64,000 nucleotides of DNA from a virus: the IMG/VR virus record IMGVR_UViG_3300009509_000001, positions 64,001 to 128,000 of that record. One strand, given 5' to 3'. The translations under genes and the position numbers were made by a program. Of the stretch, positions 19,106-25,910 are shown piece by piece. The notes beneath the pieces are model-generated. The model was not told the DNA's origin. It worked only from the letters and a program-made list of their open reading frames with translations, and did not search any database. The first letter of the stretch is position 1, and each line of letters begins with the position of its first letter.

Positions 19106-19792
19106 TTAGGGTCTAAGGCGCCCTTCAACGCCGCGCTTCTCGCGGTCGCTCGTGCGCTTGTTCATCCACATGAGCGCCTCTTCCAGACGCATGATGGCCT
19201 GCTCGTTCTCCTTGCAGGCGTACTTGCCGGCCTGGAACGCCTGCATGCGGTCGATGATTATGGCGATCAGCGGCTCGTGCTGCAGACCGTTGACGCCGTT
19301 GTGCTTGACGGGGCCTTCCTGGAAGTGGATGCTCATCAGGCTGCGGCCGTGGTCCGTGTCGTCGTTGCTGAACACCTCGTACTGGTGGCACGCTCCGCCG
19401 GGACCCGGCCGGTCCATGCTGCAGACCTCAAGGGCCTTGTCGCTGTAGATCACCCGCACGTGCTCGGGCACGTCCACGATCTTCGGCGCTTCGGCCTTCG
19501 GCTTGTAGACCGGGGGCGTGAACGTGATCTCGTGGGCCGGATCGCCGTCGACGAATATGGTGAACGTCGTGTGGTCGATGTGCTGGGCCTTCTGCAGCGT
19601 ATGGTTGTCGAACACGTAGCCCAGGATGTGCGCGTAGTGCGGCGAATCCTGCAGCATGTCGTGGAACTCGTCGGGAACCCGGATGAACACCACCCGGTCC
19701 TGCCCGCGGTACTGCCGGAGCGCACGGCGCAGCGGGGTCGTGTCCACGCGCTCCAGGTAAAGCTCGTTCGGTGTCGGTATGTAGTCTGCCAT
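19106..19792 (-). CDS. tad1: Tad1-like immune-signal sponge with ~110-aa N-terminal extension
   Basis: GPGGACHQY, IHFQEGP, DRMQAFQAG, ENEQAI..LEEALMWMNKR..DR..R.V.G match the conserved blocks of Clostridium Tad1 as recalled. Confidence 0.85.
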   Translation of the reverse strand: MADYIPTPNELYLERVDTTPLRRALRQYRGQDRVVFIRVPDEFHDMLQDSPHYAHILGYVFDNHTLQKAQHIDHTTFTIFVDGDPAHEITFTPPVYKPKAEAPKIVDVPEHVRVIYSDKALEVCSMDRPGPGGACHQYEVFSNDDTDHGRSLMSIHFQEGPVKHNGVNGLQHEPLIAIIIDRMQAFQAGKYACKENEQAIMRLEEALMWMNKRTSDREKRGVEGRLRP

Positions 19793-19802
19793 TGTATCCT
19801 CC

Positions 19803-20564
19803 TTATGTCGATAAACTTATGTTGTCCGTCAGTGCGTTCTTCGCCGCATCCAGCTCGGCCTGAAGCTTCTTCCATTCGGCGCTCATGTCGAGTCCGAACT
19901 CGGCCAGGGCCGTCTGCTTGCTGACCACTCCGGCCTGCATGGCCTTCATGAACACGTTCGGCTGCGTGTTGGGCGTGCCCTGGAACTGTACCGGCTGTTT
20001 GAACTGATGCCACTTGCCGACGCCCTGTTTCTTCGGCGCCATGCGGCCCTGCGCATAGGCTTCGCGGATGACCATGTTGGCCAGGCGCACGTCTATCTTG
20101 CAGACGCGGACGACGTCCTGGCGCTGGAACCACGGACTCTTCTTGGACTTGCACCACTCGCGAATCTTCTCGATGTGAACGTCCAGCGACTGCTTGGACA
20201 CCACGGGCCATCTGGTCCACCGCCGAAACCGCGGTTTTTTATGCTCGCGAGTAATCCTGATGCCGCCGATCGCCTGCATGTCCATGCGGTCGACGTGGTT
20301 GCCCGGAAAGACCTGCATGCCCCAAAGGGTCGGCTCGGCCATGCCGTGACTTGTCTGATACTTCTGACTGCGCCGAAGCCCGTCGTAGGCCGCCGGCGGG
20401 ATCATCAGCGCCACGTTGTCGGCGTCGATGCTCGCCCGGTTCAACCCTGCCCAGGCGCCTGCGGCCGCCAGCTCCGAGAGCGTGATGCCCATGGCCTGGG
20501 CGGTCGCTTCGCGCTCCGACAGCTTCTTGGGGTCCTGCAGCATGTTCTGATTCTGGTACATCAT
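19803..20564 (-). CDS. Mosaic protein: capsid-like segment, wHTH, portal-like C-terminal segment
   Basis: PTLWGMQVF; RQDVV...GKWHQF; AGVVSKQTAL.EF.LD matches this window's portal. Confidence 0.65.
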   Translation of the reverse strand: MMYQNQNMLQDPKKLSEREATAQAMGITLSELAAAGAWAGLNRASIDADNVALMIPPAAYDGLRRSQKYQTSHGMAEPTLWGMQVFPGNHVDRMDMQAIGGIRITREHKKPRFRRWTRWPVVSKQSLDVHIEKIREWCKSKKSPWFQRQDVVRVCKIDVRLANMVIREAYAQGRMAPKKQGVGKWHQFKQPVQFQGTPNTQPNVFMKAMQAGVVSKQTALAEFGLDMSAEWKKLQAELDAAKNALTDNISLST

Positions 20565-21217
20565 GGTCTGAACGCCTCGCCGAACATGGTGTTCTTGTAG
20601 AATTCGTTCATCATCTGCTCGCCGAACTCCTTCGGTATGGTCGCGCTTCCGCTGCGGGCCATGTTCTTGAGCGTGGCGACGCGGCGCTTCCACCAGCGGC
20701 CCGACCGCTCGATCAGCTTGTAGCTCTCGGCGTCCTTGAGCATGCGATGGGCCTTGCTCTTCGTGACGTCGAACTCCTTCATGACCATGCCACGGTTGAT
20801 GTAGCTGCTGCCGGTCTGTTCCTCGCGCCGCTTCAGCATGTCCTCGATCTGCTCGTAGTGGAGCCAACGGGCGCCGACGTTGAAATTCACGGCCTTGACG
20901 GCGCTGGCGTTGGCTACGCTGGCGCCGACCTGCTCGCGCACCCGGAACTGCATCATGTATGCCTTGTCCTTGCCGACGGCCGGATCGACGTGGACGTCGA
21001 ACGGCTGGTTCTGGTACTCGCTCATGAAGCGCTTCCGGACATCGTCCTGCCGATGCGGTATGAGCGCTGCGTGCGGGTTATTACGCGGGATGGTTATCAC
21101 CACTTCCTGCGGCGGCACGGCCTTGAGCCGGCCGTTCTTGTCGATGGTCACGAAGCCGTCGCCGTACAGCAGGGCGTCGCGCGTCGCCTTCTCCATTTCG
21201 TGTTCGAACTCTGTCAT
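20561..21217 (-). CDS. Mosaic protein: portal-, terminase- and capsid-like segments plus wHTH
   Basis: DALLYGDGF; FMSEYQNQP; VDPAVGKD; RGMVM...GRWWKR; GSATIPKEF. Confidence 0.65.
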   Translation of the reverse strand: MTEFEHEMEKATRDALLYGDGFVTIDKNGRLKAVPPQEVVITIPRNNPHAALIPHRQDDVRKRFMSEYQNQPFDVHVDPAVGKDKAYMMQFRVREQVGASVANASAVKAVNFNVGARWLHYEQIEDMLKRREEQTGSSYINRGMVMKEFDVTKSKAHRMLKDAESYKLIERSGRWWKRRVATLKNMARSGSATIPKEFGEQMMNEFYKNTMFGEAFRP

Positions 21218-21697
21218 TTATCGTACCTCGAATTTAACGTCTATTACATGGGCCGGCTGTTGAACCGTCACGTCGACCAGCAGCCTGTTCGGATCGTTCG
21301 GGTCCACGCGCACCTCGTCCACGTCGAAGATCTTGCGGGCGAACCCGTCTTCGCGCTGGCGCATGCGCAGGTAGTCGTTGGACGCCTTGGCCAGTGCCTT
21401 GGGCTCGGTCGTCAGCTCGTACCATTTACCGACGCGCTTGGCCTTGAGCATGGTCACCGCCCATTTCAGGATCTTGGCCGCCTCCGCCTCCGTCAGATTC
21501 GCGTGACGAAGCAGGTCGCTGCGCCGCACGTAGAACTTTCCGTTCTCGTCCGGGTTCTTGCCGGCCGTGGCCTTGGCCACCACGGAGTCCCATACGGGTC
21601 CGTAGGCCAGGCCGTCCTCGAGATCGTCGAGCAATCCCTTGATGATCGCCTGGTTCACTCTGGTCAGCTTCGAAACCGTTTCGTCGAATGCTTTCAT
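21218..21697 (-). CDS. wHTH protein with sheath-like C-terminal segment
   Basis: RRSDLL...GKWYEL; VDPNDPNRLLVDV. Confidence 0.6.
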   Translation of the reverse strand: MKAFDETVSKLTRVNQAIIKGLLDDLEDGLAYGPVWDSVVAKATAGKNPDENGKFYVRRSDLLRHANLTEAEAAKILKWAVTMLKAKRVGKWYELTTEPKALAKASNDYLRMRQREDGFARKIFDVDEVRVDPNDPNRLLVDVTVQQPAHVIDVKFEVR

Positions 21698-22155
21698 GTC
21701 GTCTCCGGCGCCTTGTGTTTGTACGGATGTCTGTCCGGTAGTTGGTCGTACAGCCCATGTCGATGGGCCATGTAGCCTTCCACCTTCTCGCGGATGGCGG
21801 TCTGCCGGTCCTTGAACCGGTACCAGCAGCCGTTGGCGTGCCGGAGCATGCCGCCCCTGATCAGGGTCTCGAGCGCCTCTTCGGCTTTCGGCCCGAACAG
21901 ACGGAAGAGCTCCGACCGGCAGGTGTAGACGCAGCCCGACTCGTCCGGCGTCTTCCGCTCCAGGAACTCGGCGAGCTTAGTGCGGTAGTGCGTGAACGTC
22001 TGCGGCCTCGGGATGTCCTCGTGCACGACGGCAAACCCGTTCGTGATGGCCTTCACGCTTATGACTCCGTCCTCCGGGTCCTTGAAGCTGACGAACTCGC
22101 TGTCCATCACTTGCGGAACGACGGGCGACGGGAAGCTCATGCCGTAGGTGTTCAC
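21694..22155 (-). CDS. wHTH protein
   Basis: RSELF...LIRGGML....GCWYRF. Confidence 0.6.
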   Translation of the reverse strand: MNTYGMSFPSPVVPQVMDSEFVSFKDPEDGVISVKAITNGFAVVHEDIPRPQTFTHYRTKLAEFLERKTPDESGCVYTCRSELFRLFGPKAEEALETLIRGGMLRHANGCWYRFKDRQTAIREKVEGYMAHRHGLYDQLPDRHPYKHKAPETT

Positions 22156-22418
22156 AGAATGTCCTCGTTGGTCAGGGCCTTACGCACTTCGGCCAACAGC
22201 CCTTCCTGGTTCACGTAATGTCGTTTGCTGTGCTTGCCGCTGGCCCACCGGCCGTTGACGCGCAGTCTGTATTTGTAATCGTCGGCGGGATCGTTGGTCC
22301 ACTGGGATTTGCGGAACACTTCGATCCTGCATGAGCCTTCCCGCCCACGCAACAAAGTCAGGTTGCCCACGGGTAGTCGTTTCTCAGCCATTTGTCGGTA
22401 CCTTTGCTTCTTGGCCAT
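22152..22418 (-). CDS. Small basic hypothetical protein
   Basis: First ORF after the 22.5 kb intergenic region. Confidence 0.6.
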   Translation of the reverse strand: MAKKQRYRQMAEKRLPVGNLTLLRGREGSCRIEVFRKSQWTNDPADDYKYRLRVNGRWASGKHSKRHYVNQEGLLAEVRKALTNEDIL

Positions 22419-22521
22419 GGCATTTCACGGGCGGTTCGCCTGAGCGCCATTGCAGCTTCGTTTACGGCTAATATGCGGCGTTACAGCGGCAACTTCAAGC
22501 GCTGCCGGAAAAAAGGCATGA

Positions 22522-22548
22522 AAAAAGCCGCCGGTCGACCCGGCGGCC
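22522..22548 (-). terminator. Rho-independent terminator
   Basis: GCCGCCGG GTCGA CCGGCGGC TTTTTT on minus strand. Confidence 0.85.
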
Positions 22549-22572
22549 AGGGAGAGAAGAGTCCGAAAGGGT

Positions 22573-22818
22573 TCAACGGACTCCGATGGCGTTCAATTTC
22601 TCTATGATCAGGTCATGGATCTCCGGGGCGGCCTCCTTCCCGGTAAAGTCCACGAATTTGTCGTCCAGGCTTCGGTATGCCGTGGACGTAACTGGTACCT
22701 TGGTCCCGAACAGGACCGTCAGGTCGAAGATGCTGCGTCTGATGGTCACCAACACCAGAACGCGCCCCTCCACGTTGTCTTTGCCGAGGTATCTTACCTC
22801 CTTCGTCATTGCCTCCAT
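22573..22818 (-). CDS. Hypothetical protein
   Basis: AGGAGG RBS. Confidence 0.65.
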   Translation of the reverse strand: MEAMTKEVRYLGKDNVEGRVLVLVTIRRSIFDLTVLFGTKVPVTSTAYRSLDDKFVDFTGKEAAPEIHDLIIEKLNAIGVR

Positions 22819-22836
22819 GCCTCCTAGCGTTTGGCG

Positions 22837-23283
22837 TTACAGAAACTTCTCCAGCTCGTCGTTGAGCTTCAGATAGCCTTCAGGGGCTTTGTCGCCCTTG
22901 AAAATCAATTCGACCTTTGCCTTCGTGTTGCGGCTGAACATGCCGCGGCGCATTTCGATGCTCATCTCGTGCTTGCACTCGTCGTCGTCGCACTCGTGTT
23001 CGTCCAGGCCACCGATCTCCACGTCGAACTCCATGCGCATCTTGTCGAGGCGAATGCCGCTGGCTGGCATGAGCGCAAGCATCGGCACTTCGATCTCTCG
23101 CATGGCTCCATCGCCGCCCGGCACCGGAACCTGCAGCTTGAGGGTCTTGACCTTTCCGTCCTCGTCGATGTGCTGCTTGATCGTATCAAGATGCTGGTTG
23201 CGCACCAGTTCCTGGGCCTTGATCACCGCGTTCTGCAGCGCCCGTATAAGTTTGCTCAGTCCCGTTACTCGTTTGTGTGCCAT
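22837..23283 (-). CDS. DUF2589-family protein (short type)
   Basis: LIRALQNAVIKAQ...IEVPMLALMP...LDKMRMEFDV...KVELIFKG..PEG. Confidence 0.8.
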   Translation of the reverse strand: MAHKRVTGLSKLIRALQNAVIKAQELVRNQHLDTIKQHIDEDGKVKTLKLQVPVPGGDGAMREIEVPMLALMPASGIRLDKMRMEFDVEIGGLDEHECDDDECKHEMSIEMRRGMFSRNTKAKVELIFKGDKAPEGYLKLNDELEKFL

Positions 23284-23540
23284 TACATCTTAACCCTGTG
23301 TGTTACGATTCCGACCTTCTTGACGACGGTGATGCCGCGCGCCGACTTCATCTCGCAGTAAGAGGAGTCCAGCGCCTGGCTGCTGCAGCCGCGGCCCACG
23401 ATGTAGCCGCAGGCCGTGCAGACTTCGACCATGGCGGTGCCGTCGCACCCACTGCACTTGCGCGTCCGCTTCTTCGGGTCGCGGCCCGTGCCGTTGCAGT
23501 CCGGGCAAATGCCCTTCTTCGTATCGAGCCGACCGATCAT
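23283..23540 (-). CDS. DnaJ-type Zn-finger small protein
   Basis: CPDCNGTG, CSGCDGT. Confidence 0.65.
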   Translation of the reverse strand: MIGRLDTKKGICPDCNGTGRDPKKRTRKCSGCDGTAMVEVCTACGYIVGRGCSSQALDSSYCEMKSARGITVVKKVGIVTHRVKM

Positions 23541-23914
23541 GGCTGCTCCTTGTACCATTTATCGTAGTATTTGTCGTCGCTTCCCAGAACCCGTCCGGCA
23601 TACTTCCGCATGTTGACCTTGCAGTTCTTGCACGTCACGTCGTCGATTACTTTGGTCTTGTCGTACCCTGTATGCTCTCGGGCGAAACCGCATTGGTGTA
23701 CGCCGTCGTAATGAACTTTCAGCGCTTTCAGCGCTTTCACGGCAACCGGCTTCTTACGGGATGCCTTCTCGCGCTCCGCCCGCTTCTTCTCTTTGTACTC
23801 ACGCGTCTTCACCATCTGCCTGAGTGTGCTGCAGAAGGAGCTGCATGTCTTCTGGTTGGCCCTATGTGCGTAATACGGTTTACCGCACATGCGGCATATA
23901 CGGCGTTTCTTCAT
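23537..23914 (-). CDS. Basic Zn-finger hypothetical protein
   Basis: CRMCGK...CS.FC; CKNC. Confidence 0.6.
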   Translation of the reverse strand: MKKRRICRMCGKPYYAHRANQKTCSSFCSTLRQMVKTREYKEKKRAEREKASRKKPVAVKALKALKVHYDGVHQCGFAREHTGYDKTKVIDDVTCKNCKVNMRKYAGRVLGSDDKYYDKWYKEQP

Positions 23915-24201
23915 AATACCGGCTGCTCCTCCGTGATACGCGGCTGTCTGGTAAATCCGATGTGGTAGACTATGTGCTGGAGCACTACCTGGTGCTCGCC
24001 CATCTGGTACACGGCGAAGCCTTTCTCCTGCCCGATCAGCTTGCCCCTTGGGGACGACCGGTTGATGAGGAAGTTCACCTTGTCCATCGCCTTTCGGATC
24101 TCCTCTTCCGTCTTGATCCTGCTTGGATCGGTGTTACCCACGACGACCCGCTCTACGTGTCGGATCGCCGTGAGATCGAATGGTTTGTCGTCGTGCGACA
24201 T
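23911..24201 (-). CDS. Conserved-type hypothetical protein
   Basis: Well-formed 96-aa ORF with overlaps at both ends. Confidence 0.7.
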   Translation of the reverse strand: MSHDDKPFDLTAIRHVERVVVGNTDPSRIKTEEEIRKAMDKVNFLINRSSPRGKLIGQEKGFAVYQMGEHQVVLQHIVYHIGFTRQPRITEEQPVL

Positions 24202-24836
24202 CAGGGCGTTGTTGCCGGGGTTGGGCTGATGGCGTCGTTCATCATGTCGAGAACGCGGGCCAATCCTTCAGGCATGCCGCTGTCCGACGCACTGACCGTG
24301 ACGTCGTACTTGGCGCTGTTGTCGCTCTTGCGCGTGTGCGCCGAGTGCGACGAGGTCTTGCCATGCACCTTGACCGTGGCCTTGAACGGACCCCAGCCGA
24401 CACTGGCGCTGCCTTCGAAGCCGGCTTCGCTGTCGCTGGCCTCGGTGTCCTCGGTACTGGAGTTGACGCTCATGGTGAAGGCGATGTCCACCTTGTCGAC
24501 CTTGAGGGACGGCATGGGGATGATGGCCAGCAGCGGTACGTCGATCTCCACGTTCTTCGGGGTGATCTTGGAAACCGTCTTGGTCTTGTCGGCCGGGTCC
24601 TCCACCTGTTCAAGGATGTTCTGCATGTAGCCGAACTTCACCATGTTGGCGACCTTGATCGTCTTGGTCTTGTCGGCCGGGTCCTCCACTTCCTGGAATC
24701 CGGTCTTCAGAATGAAATCCGCGTTCGCACTGATCATCTGCGCGTTCGCCTTGGCTGCGGCCTGCAAAGGGCCGCCGATCAGGGAATCCATCGGCAGGTT
24801 GCCGAATTGTTTACCCATGTCTACGAGTCCAGGCAT
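24201..24836 (-). CDS. DUF2589-family protein (long type)
   Basis: LPMDSLIGGPL.AA..A, IDVPLLAIIP.PSLKVD.VDI.F.M.V, SAKYDV.V.A....PEGL; GGAGG RBS. Confidence 0.88.
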   Translation of the reverse strand: MPGLVDMGKQFGNLPMDSLIGGPLQAAAKANAQMISANADFILKTGFQEVEDPADKTKTIKVANMVKFGYMQNILEQVEDPADKTKTVSKITPKNVEIDVPLLAIIPMPSLKVDKVDIAFTMSVNSSTEDTEASDSEAGFEGSASVGWGPFKATVKVHGKTSSHSAHTRKSDNSAKYDVTVSASDSGMPEGLARVLDMMNDAISPTPATTP

Positions 24837-24885
24837 CTGGTACCTCCGTTTGTTTGTTCTTGTTGCCCTTTGTGTTAATGAAAAT

Positions 24886-24995
24886 GGTAGCCCCGGTTTC
24901 CTGATCGCGCTGTCAACGAGCCCCTTCCGGCTGAGGCTTTAACGGCTCCCACGCGATCAGTGCCGGCTGCCCGGCAAGGCACAAGGGCACTACCT
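24886..24995 (-). ncRNA. Structured RNA element (motif copy B)
   Basis: Nested helices GGTAG/CTACC, GTGCC/GGCAC, CTGATCGCG/CGCGATCAG, GAGCC/GGCTC and a CC-GGAA-GG tetraloop. Confidence 0.55.
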
Positions 24996-24997
24996 GA

Positions 24998-25149
24998 TGG
25001 CCAGGAAGGCGGGACTTGAACCCGCATAAGGATGCATCCACACCGACGGTCGGAACGCGAACGCGCTGACTACGCGCTCCAACCAAGCTACCCGGCCGAG
25101 CCGGGTCACTGCCAGTTGTGTCGGTGGCCTACCGTTCGGCCACTCCCTG
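24998..25149 (-). ncRNA. tRNA-like RNA (152 nt) with a 72-nt insert replacing the anticodon loop
   Basis: Acceptor CAGGGAG/CTTCCTG + G-CCA; D arm GCC/GGC; helix CACCGAC/GTCGGTG; variable arm GGAT/ATCC; T arm GCGGG-TTCAAGT-CCCGC. Confidence 0.8.
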
Positions 25150-25238
25150 GAATGCCTCTGACCCATACGCCGGTCTAAGGCGGTAGCGACGTCCGTAGAG
25201 CCCGTGCGCTCCTTGGCTACTTCTGTAAGGCACGGTGT

Positions 25239-25336
25239 TGGTGAAGAGTGACGGATTTGAACCGCCTTCAAGTGCGTCCTGCCCAACGGCCGAAGCCGTG
25301 CTCCGCTCTTGCTTTACCGACATAAGATAACCCTTC
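25239..25336 (-). ncRNA. tRNA-like RNA (98 nt) with expanded anticodon arm
   Basis: Acceptor GAAGGGT/ACTCTTC + A-CCA; T arm GGCGG-TTCAAAT-CCGTC; CAAG.GCG/CGC.CTTG helix enclosing an ACGGC-TTCG-GCCGT hairpin. Confidence 0.75.
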
Positions 25337-25411
25337 AATAAATGCCGACCCCTTACCACCATCATGTGTCAGGTAGTGCGCGGGTCGGCGCAATCAATGG
25401 AGGCAAGGTAC

Positions 25412-25663
25412 TCAAGTGAACCCGGAAGGGTACTGCTGCCATTTTATCGGCGGCCCCGAAAACAGGGCCATACCCTCCTCCAAACAGCCCGCTATGTCCA
25501 CCTCCAGGACGGGGGCCTGAGTTCCACAGGCGATGAGCAGACATGGCACGTCGGCGCTACCGAAGTCGCAGTGCGCCGGGTGGTTGTGGCCGCCCCTGCA
25601 TAGGACGTGATGCTTCACTGGCTGTACGGTGATCAAACCCGCCGCGAGCAAAGTCATCAACAT
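25412..25663 (-). CDS. Small Cys/His-rich protein with hydrophobic N-terminus
   Basis: AGGAGG RBS before ATG; MLMTLLAAGLITV. Confidence 0.4.
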   Translation of the reverse strand: MLMTLLAAGLITVQPVKHHVLCRGGHNHPAHCDFGSADVPCLLIACGTQAPVLEVDIAGCLEEGMALFSGPPIKWQQYPSGFT

Positions 25664-25825
25664 GGCTGCACCTCCTGTGTTGAAATCTAAAGGGCACTTC
25701 CCTCCCTCCCCTTCGTGAGCCACGTTCGCTCCGTCCAGTTCGGGAGGTGCCGGCGACCCGGCAAGGCAAGAACCCGCCTGCGGGAGCGCGGCGGCGATGC
25801 GCCGTCAATCACGCTCCATGCTTTA

Positions 25826-25854
25826 TCTATAACGGGAGTTTGCCGCTAAGTCAA
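25826..25854 (-). promoter_or_regulatory. Sigma70-like promoter driving the RNA locus
   Basis: TTGACT-N17-TATAGA. Confidence 0.6.
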
Positions 25855-25871
25855 GGCAACTTGGAAATTAC

Positions 25872-25900
25872 TCAGTGGATAATCAGTGGATAATCAGTGG
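25872..25900. repeat. 11-bp tandem repeat, about 2.6 copies
   Basis: TCAGTGGATAA x2 + TCAGTGG. Confidence 0.85.
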
Positions 25901-25910
25901 CTAACTTAAA

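Noticed and set aside
19803-22155. Z-DNA-binding (Zalpha) assignment for the wHTH paralogs
   Set aside because: The conserved N...Y of helix 3 and the PP-W wing are not present; only a generic wHTH is supportable.
22460-22500. Promoter TTGAAG-N17-CATATT
   Set aside because: The -10 box is weak. Plausible but not supportable enough to list as a feature.
24900-24960. SRP (4.5S) RNA because of the CC-GGAA-GG tetraloop
   Set aside because: It lacks the conserved CAGG/AGCA internal loop of helix 8.
24998-25107. Conventional tRNA-Asp/Sec reading using GGCCGGG as 5' acceptor strand
   Set aside because: It leaves 3 unpaired nt between T arm and acceptor and a non-canonical loop. The CAGGGAG/CTTCCTG pairing with a proper D arm fits much better.
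24998-25336. tmRNA
   Set aside because: No G3:U70 alanine acceptor or GGGG 5' end, the D stems are present, and there is no tag ORF or pseudoknot-sized body.
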